DNA of 64,000 nucleotides from Abditibacterium sp. (GCA_965246885.1 OZ251992.1:2080001-2144000); one strand, 5' to 3'. Positions 36,472 through 46,196 are shown, counted from the first letter of the stretch. Numbers and translations: made by a program. Notes: a model not told the origin generated them from the letters alone.

Positions 36472-37878
36472 CTACTTCGCGCGTCCCATCGTGTGCGTCG
36501 CTTCGCCGTAGACGGTTTCGGCGGCTTCCATCACGGTCTCACTCAACGTCGGGTGGGCGTGGATGGTGAAGCGCACGTCATCGGCGACGGCGCCCATTTC
36601 GATGGCGAGGGTGCCTTCGGCGATCATTTCGCCCGCGCCGCTTCCGGCGATGCCAACGCCGAGGATGCGGTTGGTTTCGGGGTCAAGCAGCAGTTTCGTG
36701 AGGCCATCGGTGCGGTCAAGTGTGACGGCGCGGCCACTGGCGGCCCAAGGAAACTTGGCAACTTTGACCTTTTTACCCAACTTCTCGGCCTGCGTTTCGG
36801 TCAGGCCCGTCCACGCGATTTCGGGGTCGGTGAAGATCACGGCGGGGATGGCGGCTGGCTCCCACGCGACTTTGTGGCCCGCAATGACTTCGACCGCCAT
36901 GCGCCCTTCGTGACTGGCTTTGTGCGCGAGCATCGGGTCGCCCGCCACGTCGCCAATGGCGTAAATCTTCGGCTCTTGCGTTTGGCGCTGCCCGTTGACG
37001 GGAATAAAGCCGCGCTTGTCGAGTTCGATCTTCGTGTTTTCCAAGCCCAATCCTTCCCCGTTTGGGCGCCGCCCGACGGCGACGAGCAGCTTGTCGAACT
37101 TCTCCTGCCCTGCGTGTTTGCCCTCGAAAGTAACGGTGATTCCGTCGCTTTCTTCCTTCAAGGCGACGACTTTGGTGTCGAGGCGTATCTCCTTAAAGGC
37201 GGCCTCAAGGCGCTTCTGCAAGATAGCAACGAGGTCGCGGTCGGCGCCGGGAAGCAGTCCGGGCGTCGCTTCGACAACAGTGATTTCCGACCCCAGCGCC
37301 GCGTAAACCGAGCCGAGTTCCATGCCGATATAGCCGCCGCCGACAACGAGCAACTTCTTCGGCACATCTTCGAGGAGCAAGGCGCGCGTCGAGTCCATGA
37401 TGCGCTCGCTGCCAATGTCAAAGACTGGGAACGACGCGGGACGGCTGCCCGTTGCGATGATGGCGTGGTCGAAGGTGAGGGATTCGCTCGCGCCGTCGGT
37501 GCGTTGGATGGAGATTTCGCCGCCCGATACAAACGTCGCGCGGCCTTGAATGTAATTGACCTTGCGCGCCTTGGCGAGTTGGCCGGTGCCCGAAGTCAGC
37601 TTCTGCACAACGCCCAACTCAAAGCCGCGCAGTTTGTCGAGGTCAATGGTCGGTTCGCCGAAAGTGAGGCCATAGTGCGCCGCTTCGCGCGCTTCGGAAA
37701 TGACTTTGGCGGCGTGAAGTAGCGTTTTCGAGGGAATGCACCCGCGATACAAGCAAACGCCGCCGGGGTTGACTTCCAAATCCACGAGCGTGACATGCAT
37801 CTTCAGGTCTGCCGCCAAAAAAGCGGCGGCGTAACCACCGGGGCCGCCGCCGATAACAACTAATTGAGTGTGTGCCAT
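36472..37878 (-). CDS. lpdA: Dihydrolipoyl dehydrogenase (E3)
   Basis: [28 protein letters not shown]. Confidence 0.97.
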   Translation of the reverse strand: MAHTQLVVIGGGPGGYAAAFLAADLKMHVTLVDLEVNPGGVCLYRGCIPSKTLLHAAKVISEAREAAHYGLTFGEPTIDLDKLRGFELGVVQKLTSGTGQLAKARKVNYIQGRATFVSGGEISIQRTDGASESLTFDHAIIATGSRPASFPVFDIGSERIMDSTRALLLEDVPKKLLVVGGGYIGMELGSVYAALGSEITVVEATPGLLPGADRDLVAILQKRLEAAFKEIRLDTKVVALKEESDGITVTFEGKHAGQEKFDKLLVAVGRRPNGEGLGLENTKIELDKRGFIPVNGQRQTQEPKIYAIGDVAGDPMLAHKASHEGRMAVEVIAGHKVAWEPAAIPAVIFTDPEIAWTGLTETQAEKLGKKVKVAKFPWAASGRAVTLDRTDGLTKLLLDPETNRILGVGIAGSGAGEMIAEGTLAIEMGAVADDVRFTIHAHPTLSETVMEAAETVYGEATHTMGRAK

Positions 37879-37882
37879 AGTC

Positions 37883-37944
37883 TGGGGTTTGGGGTTGAGG
37901 GTTTGGGGTTAGTTCAAATCCTCAACCCCGAACCCTCAACCCGC
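37883..37944. repeat. Inverted heptamer repeat array between aceF and lpdA
   Basis: 4x (T/G)(G/A)GGGTT facing 4x AA(C/T)CCNN. Confidence 0.75.
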
Positions 37945-37946
37945 GC

Positions 37947-39299
37947 TTAACCTTGAAGCGCGATCAGGTTCGGGTCTTCCAATGCCGCCGCGATGAAGCG
38001 GGTGAACCGTGCGCCGTCGGCGCCGTTGATGACGCGGTGGTCGTAGCTCAGACAGAGCGGCATCATCATGCGCGGCTCGAAAGTTCCACTCTCGGCGTTC
38101 CACACTGGCTCCATGCTCCCGCGCGCAATGCCCAAGATGGCGACTTCGGGGGTGTTGACGATGGGCGTGAACGCCGTGCCGCCGATGCCGCCAAGGTTGG
38201 TGAGTGTGAACGTGCCGCCCGCCATTTGTTCGGCTTTGAGCTTGCCTTCGCGCGCAACGGCGGCGATTTCGCCCAACTCGACGGCGAGTTCGATGATGCT
38301 TTTCGATTCGACGTTTTGAATGACCGGCACGACCAAACCGCGCGGCGTGTCAACGGCGACGCCGATGTTGTAATACCGCTTCTGCACGACTTCCATCGCC
38401 GCGAAGTCAATCGAGGCGTTGAAGTTCGGGAATTTTTTGAGCGCGCCCACGACGATCTTCAGCAAAATCGCGGTAGGCGTGAGTTTGCCGCCCGCTTTCT
38501 CGGCGAGCGGCGCGTATTTCTTGCGGAAAATCTCGAAGTCCGTCGTGTCCGCTTTATCGAATTGGGTGACGTGCGGGATTGTCCACGCGCGCTCCATTTG
38601 GTTCGAGGTCGCCTTGCCGATGCCGGACATCGCCACGCGGTTGACCTCGCCGAACTTGGAAAAGTCGGGCAGGGCGGGGAGGGAAACGCCGCCCGATTGA
38701 ACCGGTGCCGCGACGGGCGCGGGCTTGCCAACCGAGTGAATATCGTCCTCGGTGATGCGCCCGCCAACGCCCGTCCCGTGAATCGCGTAGATGTCCACGC
38801 CCGCCTCGCGCGCCATGCGGCGAATCGAAGGCGCGGCGGCGACGGGTTCGCGCGGAGCGTCGGGCGCGGGCGTCGAAACGGCAAGCGGCGCGGGAGAGGT
38901 CGTGGAATAGCCGTCGTTTTTGACCGCCGTCGCTTTGGGCGCGGTCATGTCGGCGGGCGGCGTCGGCAACTTCGCTTCCGAAGCGGCGGTTTGTTCGGGC
39001 GCGGCGCTGTCGCGTTCGATGCTCCCGTTTTTCGCCGCGCCGTTGGAATGGGCGGAGGCGCTCCCGCCCTCGCCATACGAGAAAATGGGTTGAGAAACCG
39101 AGACCGTGTCGCCCTGTTTGACGAGGATGTTTTGAATCGTGCCCGCGACGGTCGAAGGCACTTCCAACACCGCTTTATCGGTTTCGAGTTCGAGAATGGG
39201 CTGGTCTTGGGCAACGGTGTCGCCCGCACCCACCAGCACTTTGGCAACAACCCCGCTCGTCGCGGTCTCGCCCAAGGTCGGCAAAAGAAATTCGGCCAT
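37947..39299 (-). CDS. aceF: Dihydrolipoamide acetyltransferase (PDH E2)
   Basis: Lipoyl ETDKA, E3-binding GTGVGGRI, catalytic DHRVINGADGA. Confidence 0.93.
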   Translation of the reverse strand: MAEFLLPTLGETATSGVVAKVLVGAGDTVAQDQPILELETDKAVLEVPSTVAGTIQNILVKQGDTVSVSQPIFSYGEGGSASAHSNGAAKNGSIERDSAAPEQTAASEAKLPTPPADMTAPKATAVKNDGYSTTSPAPLAVSTPAPDAPREPVAAAPSIRRMAREAGVDIYAIHGTGVGGRITEDDIHSVGKPAPVAAPVQSGGVSLPALPDFSKFGEVNRVAMSGIGKATSNQMERAWTIPHVTQFDKADTTDFEIFRKKYAPLAEKAGGKLTPTAILLKIVVGALKKFPNFNASIDFAAMEVVQKRYYNIGVAVDTPRGLVVPVIQNVESKSIIELAVELGEIAAVAREGKLKAEQMAGGTFTLTNLGGIGGTAFTPIVNTPEVAILGIARGSMEPVWNAESGTFEPRMMMPLCLSYDHRVINGADGARFTRFIAAALEDPNLIALQG

Positions 39300-39394
39300 G
39301 ATGTTCCCCCTTAATTTAGCAAACGCCGTGCGCCATTTTCGCACCCCCGCCATTCTTCTCGCAGGCCGATTCCGTTTTCAGCGCATCGAAATGG

Positions 39395-39562
39395 GCGAAA
39401 AGTTGACCGAAACAGGCGGAAAGACGACCGTAACACGCGGAAACGTAATAGCAATACGCGAAAAGTTGACCGTGTCGCGTGAAAAGTTGACCGTGACACG
39501 CGGAAACATAATAGCAATATGCGAAAAGTTGACCGTGCCGTGCCGAAAGATGACTGAATCGG
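39395..39562. repeat. 21-bp-period tandem array (8 units)
   Basis: GCGAAAAGTTGACCG-like units at 39395, 39416, 39437 ... 39542. Confidence 0.85.
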
Positions 39563-39567
39563 CGGCT

Positions 39568-39600
39568 TTCACGCTCAAAGCGCGCCCGTGAGGGCGCTTT
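39568..39600. repeat. 33-bp direct repeat, left of VapBC
   Basis: TTCACGCTCAAAGCGCGCCCGTGAGGGCGCTTT; one mismatch to 40233-40265. Confidence 0.85.
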
Positions 39601-39630
39601 GATGTCGCAATATCCGGTAAAATCTCTCGC

Positions 39631-39837
39631 ATGAATACAGTCATGGTCTCGCCAGAGTTTCAAGTAGTCATACCGCTTGAGGTTCGCCTATCGCTCGGCA
39701 TCGAGCCGGGGCAGAAAGTGCAGGTCATTCAATACAATAATCGTGTTGAACTCATCCCCGTGCGCCCCATAGAGCAAGCGCGCGGAATGTTGAGGGGGAT
39801 TGACACCCACATCGAGCGGGAAGGCGACAGAAGATGA
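39631..39837 (+). CDS. vapB: AbrB/MazE-family antitoxin (VapB)
   Basis: VSPEFQVVIPLEVR..LGIEPGQ; ATGA overlap with the PIN gene. Confidence 0.9.
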   Translation: MNTVMVSPEFQVVIPLEVRLSLGIEPGQKVQVIQYNNRVELIPVRPIEQARGMLRGIDTHIEREGDRR

Positions 39838-40208
39838 ATGTCGTGGATTCTTCTGGCTGGCTGGAATACTTCGCCGACGGCCCAAACGCGGATTTCTTCG
39901 CGGGCGCAATTGAGAATACGCAAGAACTGGTTGTTCCCAGCATCAGCGTTTACGAAGTGTTCAAGCGAGTCCTTCAACAGCGAGATGAAGAGGCCGCACT
40001 TCAGGTAGTGGCGCTCATGGCGCAAGGCCAAGTTGTGGATTTAGACCAGACGTTGGCGTTGAGTGCGGCTAAAATCTCCAGCGATTTGAAGATACCGATG
40101 GCTGACAGCATCATTCTGGCGACGGCTCGCGCTCACAAAGCGATTTTATGGACGCAAGACATAGACTTGGCGGGCATCGAGAACGTCCGCTATATCGCTA
40201 AAAAGTGA
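39834..40208 (+). CDS. vapC: PIN-domain toxin (VapC)
   Basis: VVDSSGWLEY, ADSIILATA, LWTQD. Confidence 0.92.
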   Translation: MNVVDSSGWLEYFADGPNADFFAGAIENTQELVVPSISVYEVFKRVLQQRDEEAALQVVALMAQGQVVDLDQTLALSAAKISSDLKIPMADSIILATARAHKAILWTQDIDLAGIENVRYIAKK

Positions 40209-40232
40209 CCAACACCGCCCTAATCATCGGAC

Positions 40233-40265
40233 TTCACGCTCAAAGTGCGCCCGTGAGGGCGCTTT
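40233..40265. repeat. 33-bp direct repeat, right of VapBC
   Basis: TTCACGCTCAAAGTGCGCCCGTGAGGGCGCTTT. Confidence 0.85.
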
Positions 40266-40479
40266 TTCGCCATAAATTGTGCCCTAACAAGCATCGTGAG
40301 TGGGAGAATGTCGCAGTCGGCAGAGGCTGCCAATGTGCGCTATACTTCCTCGCCCAACCCGTCGTTATGCCGCAAAAGCGGGTGAATTGACGGCATAACC
40401 CATTGTTGTGTTTATAAGCGCCGCATTGATGGGCACCATACTTGACGCAATCCGGCAACCACTGATAATGAACGAAGAT

Positions 40480-41577
40480 ATGATTAACCAAAAGTTATTT
40501 GTGTGTCAGTTCAAAAAACTGAGTCCGATTGCCACTCTATTGATTTTTGCAGCAAAGCCTTTGCACGGTCAATCACAGGCTCTTATACCGGATGCCACCG
40601 TGCTTTCTGTCGCTTTTTCTCCAGATGGAAAAGTGCTGGCGGCTGGTCAGGATGAAGTAAGTCGTGAAGTAAGAGGGAGATATTACTTCAAGCGAGGGCA
40701 ACTACATCTATGGAACTTGCAAACCTTGAAGCTGGGGTGGATACGTACTGACTTGCCGTTCACTGCGGTTAATCTCGCCTTTTCACCGGATAGCCGAACA
40801 ATAGTCGCTGGCAATCTACATGATATGAGATTATGGAATGTGCAAACGGGCGAATTGGTGAGTCACTTGTTTGGGTTACAATCAGCTAAGCCAATGGATG
40901 AAGTCAATACAGTGGCTTTCTGGCCTGATAGCAAGACAATCGCTTTTGGGGGTCTGAGCTACGGCCCTACCACTACATCTCAAGTGTTTTTATATAACGC
41001 TTCGACGGGTCGGCTCCAGCGAAAGCTTCAATACAGATTCATAACCCTCAATCGAGCAGTCTGGGCAACTGCATTATCTCCAAATGGCAGAATGGTAGCT
41101 ACCAGCGTGTCAAGACCCGGCTCGGAATCAGAAGGGAGGGATCCTAACTTGTCCCGCTCTTTGCCTAAAGATGCTGAAGTGTGGGTTTGGAATACCTCCG
41201 GGCAACTAAAGCACGTTTTCAAGAGCCAACAGCGCAGCACGTCCATTTTACTCTTCTCGCCCGATAGCCAGATGTTGGCTGGCACAGACTACGGTGCAAA
41301 AACCATCCACATATGGAACGTGCAGACGGGGAAGTTGTTGCGCACTCTCACAGATACGTGTACAGTGCAGACTGTGGCCTTCTCACCTGACGGAAGAACA
41401 CTCGCCAGTGGAAGTTCTGAGTTTGGTGGTAAGCCAAAACTCTGGAACATTCAAACCGGTAATGTTTTGCGGACTCTAAATTATAGCGATTGGGTGATTT
41501 CATTGGCTTTTTCGCCGAACGGTCGCACGCTGGCAATTGGGGGTTACGAAGGCGTGAAGTTGCTGCGGCTAAAGTAG
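40480..41577 (+). CDS. Exported WD40-repeat protein (AT-rich)
   Basis: Repeated VAFSPDG..LA.G and WNVQTG; start could be 40468. Confidence 0.9.
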   Translation: MINQKLFVCQFKKLSPIATLLIFAAKPLHGQSQALIPDATVLSVAFSPDGKVLAAGQDEVSREVRGRYYFKRGQLHLWNLQTLKLGWIRTDLPFTAVNLAFSPDSRTIVAGNLHDMRLWNVQTGELVSHLFGLQSAKPMDEVNTVAFWPDSKTIAFGGLSYGPTTTSQVFLYNASTGRLQRKLQYRFITLNRAVWATALSPNGRMVATSVSRPGSESEGRDPNLSRSLPKDAEVWVWNTSGQLKHVFKSQQRSTSILLFSPDSQMLAGTDYGAKTIHIWNVQTGKLLRTLTDTCTVQTVAFSPDGRTLASGSSEFGGKPKLWNIQTGNVLRTLNYSDWVISLAFSPNGRTLAIGGYEGVKLLRLK

Positions 41578-41767
41578 TTCAGCTTGTGAAGTGTCAAACA
41601 GCGACACAACAAAGCGTCGCCGCACCCCCTGCTTTCCGCTCGTTGCTCGCTTCGGTTGTCGCTGTTCAGCGATAAGGACTTTGCGGCGCCGTTTGGCCAT
41701 TTCATCGCTTCTTTTCCCAAACGGCGCAGCTTTATTTATTCCACCGCGCCGCCAAGGAGCCAAAACT

Positions 41768-42574
41768 ATGAACGCAGGACAGCAGCGCCGCGTGGCGCTT
41801 TTGGGGCGGGTGAACCAGTTCTCACTCAGCCACCCAAGCGGTTTTCCCGACGGGAGTCAGGCCAAGACCTACATTGACGAAGTGAACAATTGCCTTTATG
41901 TCGCGGGCAAGTTTGGCACGCAGCAAACATCGGGCAGCCATCAAGCCAAAGCCGCGACCGCGCAAAAGAAGATGGGGGCAAAGCAACTGCGCGCGAACCT
42001 CGCGCAACTGGTGCAAACGGCGCAGCAAGCCTTCAAAGGACAGCCGCAAATCGAAAAGCGGTTTCGGATGCCGCAAGGCGGAACGCACAAGCTGTTTAAC
42101 GCCGCCAACGCCCTCGTCGCGTTATGCACCCAATACCGACCGCAACTCTCGGCCTACAACCTGCCGCCCGACATGGAAGCGCGCATCAACAACAGCCTGA
42201 ACGTGATGCAAACCGCGATGAACACGCAAAGCGCGGGCGGCCAAACTCGTTCGGGCGGCACCAAGACGCTCGAAATGTGTCTACGAAAGGGCTTGTCCAG
42301 TGTGCGCTCGCTCGACCCGATCATCAAGAACGCTTTCGCGGGCCAAACCGACATCTTGGCGCAGTGGGCCACCGCCTCGCGCCTCCAAGCCGCGCCCAAA
42401 CGCCAGCCCAAGCCCATCCCGCCCGTGCCCGTGTTTACGATGCTCCCCACCGCGCCGCAACCCGAACCCGCGCGCGTCGAGACGCCCAAACCCGCGCCAT
42501 CTCTGGTTGACCACACCCCGCTCATCCTCGGCGCCAACGGTGTGGCGCTGAATGGCGTGAATGGGCATCGGTAA
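41768..42574 (+). CDS. Hypothetical alpha-helical protein with Pro-rich tail
   Basis: AAGGAG SD, host-like codon usage, 268 aa. Confidence 0.75.
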   Translation: MNAGQQRRVALLGRVNQFSLSHPSGFPDGSQAKTYIDEVNNCLYVAGKFGTQQTSGSHQAKAATAQKKMGAKQLRANLAQLVQTAQQAFKGQPQIEKRFRMPQGGTHKLFNAANALVALCTQYRPQLSAYNLPPDMEARINNSLNVMQTAMNTQSAGGQTRSGGTKTLEMCLRKGLSSVRSLDPIIKNAFAGQTDILAQWATASRLQAAPKRQPKPIPPVPVFTMLPTAPQPEPARVETPKPAPSLVDHTPLILGANGVALNGVNGHR

Positions 42575-42582
42575 GAAGCATC

Positions 42583-42698
42583 GTGTCCGGCAGGACACTT
42601 GGCGAAGCCGGATGCCGGGGATTTTATATCCCCGAATACAATCTCCAATACAGATTCATCGGGGATATGAAATCCCCGGCATCCGGGCGCAAGCGCCC
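42583..42698. mobile_element. MITE/REPIN-like palindromic element, copy 2
   Basis: Shares GTGTCCGGCAGGACACTTGGCGAAGCCGGATGCCGG and GGCATCCGGGCGCAAGCGCCC with copy 1. Confidence 0.7.
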
Positions 42699-42743
42699 AA
42701 GCGTTCTCCGAACGCGCTACCGAAAGTCCGCACTCCGAGCGGT

Positions 42744-43430
42744 TTACTCCCGCCAGCCCGCGTAAACCGCGAACAATCCTCGCTTATACACGCACTCGAC
42801 TTCTCCAAATCCGGCGTCCCGCAGCGCGGCGAGTTGCGTTTCGAGCGGGGCGTGTCGGTCTATTTGGCGGCGCTCGATGGCGGTTTGGAGTTCCTCTTCG
42901 CTCGACCCCATGCGGCGGGCGTTAGCGCGCCACTGCGCCTCGAACTGCTCGGCGATGCGCGGCGAAGTGCCGAGGGTCTGGTCGGCGTTGACGAAAACGC
43001 CGCCCGCGCGGAGGGCGCCGTGAATGCGCCCGAAAAGCGGGGCTAATTCCGCCCATTCGAGATGGTGAATCGCCAAGCACGAAACGACCGCGTCGAAGGT
43101 GTCGGGGATGGCGTCGCGCGCGAAATCGTGCGTCAGATATTCAAAGCGCCCGTCGTCGCCGAAGCGTTCGCGGGCGACTTCCAACATTTGCGGCGCGCCA
43201 TCGGCAAGGGTGAAGCGAGCGTTCGGGAAACGTGCGGCCAATTGCGAAGAAAGCAACCCCGTCCCGGCGCCCAAATCGAGGACGCGAAAGTGGGCGTCGG
43301 GCGGGTAATCGAACGCCAATACGTCGCCGACCGCGCCATAAAACCCATCGAAATCGGGCACCAAGCGGCGGCGCGGGGCATCGTAGTCGCGGGCATAAGC
43401 ATCGAACAACTGCGGAGCGGAAGTATTCAT
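42744..43430 (-). CDS. Class I SAM-dependent methyltransferase
   Basis: VLDLGAGTG, FDAVVSCLAIHHL, LRAGGVFVNAD. Confidence 0.92.
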   Translation of the reverse strand: MNTSAPQLFDAYARDYDAPRRRLVPDFDGFYGAVGDVLAFDYPPDAHFRVLDLGAGTGLLSSQLAARFPNARFTLADGAPQMLEVARERFGDDGRFEYLTHDFARDAIPDTFDAVVSCLAIHHLEWAELAPLFGRIHGALRAGGVFVNADQTLGTSPRIAEQFEAQWRANARRMGSSEEELQTAIERRQIDRHAPLETQLAALRDAGFGEVECVYKRGLFAVYAGWRE

Positions 43431-43456
43431 CGCCCGAAAGTCTGATGCGGGCGGAC

Positions 43457-43603
43457 GAGAGAGGTATTTCTTCGGGCGAGCGACGGAAATCAGCGAGGGA
43501 AACACCGGAACTACCGGCAGAAATCGGTAAATCTTCCGGTGGTTTACCTATTTCTTCGGCTGATTTACGGATATCACCCGGTGACAGAGGTAATTCTACC
43601 GCC
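43457..43603. repeat. Highly degenerate 21-bp-period array (~7 units)
   Basis: One frame reads ERGISSG ERRKSAR ETPELPA EIGKSSG GLPISSA DLRISPG DRGNSTA. Confidence 0.55.
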
Positions 43604-43715
43604 GCTTCACCCCGGCCAAACGCTGCGCGCCGCCCGCTTTTCGTTGGATGGGCGCTGTCAAAATTCCCACTTTTCTGCTGTGTGTTGCGGGCACTTTGTC
43701 GCCCGAATCCACACC

Positions 43716-44315
43716 ATGTTACCCGTCATTGACCTCGATTTCGCCGCCTTGTGCGGCATGGACGGCGCCGACTTCTTCGGCGCCGACCGCGCGCGAATTG
43801 TCGCGCACACGCACGTTTTCGATGCCGACCAACTGCCGCCCGTTGGCACCGTTGATTATCATTTGCGGCGCCAACTCGCGCGCGGCTTTGCGCGGCGCCC
43901 GCTCAAATCGCCGATTCTGATTTGCTACGCCGCGACGACAAGTGCCGTGCTACTCCATGTCTGTGGGCGCCGTGCCGCCCGCTTGAGTTGGCTGGCCACT
44001 TCCCCCGGCTGGCTGGAAAGTGGCGCCTCGCGCGTCACGCCCGGAGCGGCGCCGTATGCGTGGTGGAACGGGGCGACGTTAACGCGCCTGCACCCGTTGC
44101 CCAATGGCGAGTCGCGCCGCGCGCCGCGCGTCGAAGATTTCGGCAACCCCTTCGGCCTCGTGTCCGAACGGGTGACGCGCGCCGAGTGGAACCGCCTGCG
44201 CGCAGACATCTGGCAAACCGATTATTCGCCCGTCCCGATGGAAGAAACCGAAACCTTTTCTGACGGCCTGTCGCTCAAACACGCTTATTTTCGAGTGGCG
44301 GGGGAGGCGTGGTAA
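43716..44315 (+). CDS. Hypothetical protein
   Basis: 199-aa ORF with host-like codons directly upstream of the nuclease gene; no motif recognised. Confidence 0.6.
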   Translation: MLPVIDLDFAALCGMDGADFFGADRARIVAHTHVFDADQLPPVGTVDYHLRRQLARGFARRPLKSPILICYAATTSAVLLHVCGRRAARLSWLATSPGWLESGASRVTPGAAPYAWWNGATLTRLHPLPNGESRRAPRVEDFGNPFGLVSERVTRAEWNRLRADIWQTDYSPVPMEETETFSDGLSLKHAYFRVAGEAW

Positions 44316-44336
44316 ATTATCGGAAGGAGCTATGAA

Positions 44337-45140
44337 ATGAAAACTTATTTACTGACTTGGATTCCCAAGTATCACGCTTGGCAGGAGCTTCCTCAGATGG
44401 CCGAAGGTGTCAAAAACGAAGAAGACATTCGCAAGCGGTGGAGTTGTCAGAACGAAGATGCTGCGATTGGAGACCGCGTGTTCTTGCTCAAGCAGGGGGA
44501 TGGAACGCGAGGCGTGTTTGCCAGTGGAACTGTGAGGGAGATCGTTGGTCTCGCTCCGCATTTCGACCCTGAGAAAGCTTGTCAAGGAAAGATGAAACAC
44601 TATGTCATCGTCCAGTTCGATGCGCTCCTGCAACCAGAGGTCGAACCTATCCTGCCATACCTCGTTGTTCAGAGACTTTTTGCTAAAGAAGCAACTGCAT
44701 TTCTTCGGCGCCAGTCTGGAACGGAGATTAAGAGCAAACTCGCCGCTCAGTTGGATTCTGTTTGGAAGTCGCATCTTCAATGTGTCGAGTTGGATTTTGA
44801 GTTGGCTGCCTTTGAGGGTGCTCAGCGCCACCTCTTCGTCATCCACCGACAGCGAGAGCGTGCGCTGCGAGAGTTGAAGATCGCGCAAGTCAAACAGGCC
44901 GAAGGTGGACGTCTGCCTTGCGCGGTTCGCAACTGTAACTTCGATTTTCAATCTGCCTACGGACGCTTAGGCAAAGACTACGCGCAAGTTCATCACCTCA
45001 AGCCATTATCCAAACTGAAAGGCCCTCAGCAGATGACGTTGGATGACTTGATCGTGGTTTGCGCGAATTGCCACGCGATGATCCATCGCAATGGCGAGTG
45101 TCGAAACCCCAAAAGCCTTATCAAGCGCCGCGCGAAGTGA
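44337..45140 (+). CDS. EVE/PUA-like + McrA-type HNH endonuclease (putative type IV restriction enzyme)
   Basis: YLLTW.P...W....GDRVFLLKQG...G.FASG; CNFDF..YG..G..YAQVHH.KPL...DLIVVCANCHAMIH; GGAG SD. Confidence 0.85.
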   Translation: MKTYLLTWIPKYHAWQELPQMAEGVKNEEDIRKRWSCQNEDAAIGDRVFLLKQGDGTRGVFASGTVREIVGLAPHFDPEKACQGKMKHYVIVQFDALLQPEVEPILPYLVVQRLFAKEATAFLRRQSGTEIKSKLAAQLDSVWKSHLQCVELDFELAAFEGAQRHLFVIHRQRERALRELKIAQVKQAEGGRLPCAVRNCNFDFQSAYGRLGKDYAQVHHLKPLSKLKGPQQMTLDDLIVVCANCHAMIHRNGECRNPKSLIKRRAK

Positions 45141-45202
45141 TGCCGCTTTTCACCTGTGGCGCGGGAGGCGGCTGAAACGGGCTTTATACTGCTCCCCGAT
45201 CC

Positions 45203-46123
45203 ATGCCCTCCGCGACGACTGATTTTCATTTAACCCACTTGCGCGAACTCGAATCGGAAGCGATTTTTGTGTTGCGCGAAACGGCGGCGCAGTTCGAGAA
45301 TCCGGGGCTGCTTTTTTCGGGCGGCAAAGATTCCATCGTGATGGCGCACCTCGCACGCAAGGCGTTTTTCCCGGCGCTGTTGCCGTTTCCACTTGTTCAT
45401 GTGGACACGGGCCACAACTTTCCCGAAACCCTCGAATACCGCGACCGCTTTGTCCACGACTACGGCGCGCGGTTGGTTGTGGGCTACGTTCAAGATTCCA
45501 TTGACCGGGGCACCGCCGTCGAGGAAACAGGGCCGACGGCTTCGCGCAACTCGATTCAAACGGTGACGCTGCTCGAAACCATCGAGGAAAACGGCTTTGA
45601 CGCGATGCTGGGCGGCGGGCGGCGCGACGAGGAAAAGGCGCGCGCCAAGGAGCGGTTCTTCTCGCACCGCGACGCTTTCGGGCAGTGGGAGCCGAAGAAT
45701 CAGCGCCCCGAACTGTGGAACATTTTCAACGGGCGCAAAGCGTTCGGCGAACATTTCCGCGTTTTTCCGCTTTCCAACTGGACGGAAATGGACGTGTGGC
45801 AATACATCCGGCAAGAGCAGATTCCGCTACCGAGCCTGTATTTCTCGCATCGCCGCCAAGTGTTTCTGCGGGGCCGCGCGTGGCTCGATGTCGAAACTGG
45901 CTTCATCGCCCCGCAACCGGGCGAACACGTCGAAGAAAAAGTCATCCGCTTCCGCACCATCGGCGACGTGACTTGCACCGGAGCCGTCGAAAGCCGCGCC
46001 GATAACTTGGACGACATCATCGCCGAAGTCGCCGCCGCGAGACAAACCGAACGCGGCACGCGCGCCGACGACCAACGTAGCGAAACGGCGATGGAAGACC
46101 GGAAGCGGGAGGGATATTTTTAG
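45203..46123 (+). CDS. cysD: Sulfate adenylyltransferase subunit 2
   Basis: LFSGGKDS, GGGRRDEEKARAKER, RVFPLSNWTE, KREGYF. Confidence 0.97.
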   Translation: MPSATTDFHLTHLRELESEAIFVLRETAAQFENPGLLFSGGKDSIVMAHLARKAFFPALLPFPLVHVDTGHNFPETLEYRDRFVHDYGARLVVGYVQDSIDRGTAVEETGPTASRNSIQTVTLLETIEENGFDAMLGGGRRDEEKARAKERFFSHRDAFGQWEPKNQRPELWNIFNGRKAFGEHFRVFPLSNWTEMDVWQYIRQEQIPLPSLYFSHRRQVFLRGRAWLDVETGFIAPQPGEHVEEKVIRFRTIGDVTCTGAVESRADNLDDIIAEVAAARQTERGTRADDQRSETAMEDRKREGYF

Positions 46124-46196
46124 CCACAGATGAACACGGATGTACACGGATAAAATCCAAAAACATCCGTGTCCATCTGCGTTCATCTGTGGCTAA
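46120..46196. repeat. Inverted decamer repeat hairpin between cysD and cysN
   Basis: TTAGCCACAGATGAACACGGATGTACACGGAT ... ATCCGTGTCCATCTGCGTTCATCTGTGGCTAA. Confidence 0.8.

Noticed and set aside
36316..37722. 468-aa plus-strand ORF
   Set aside because: Antisense shadow of lpdA, typical of high-GC DNA
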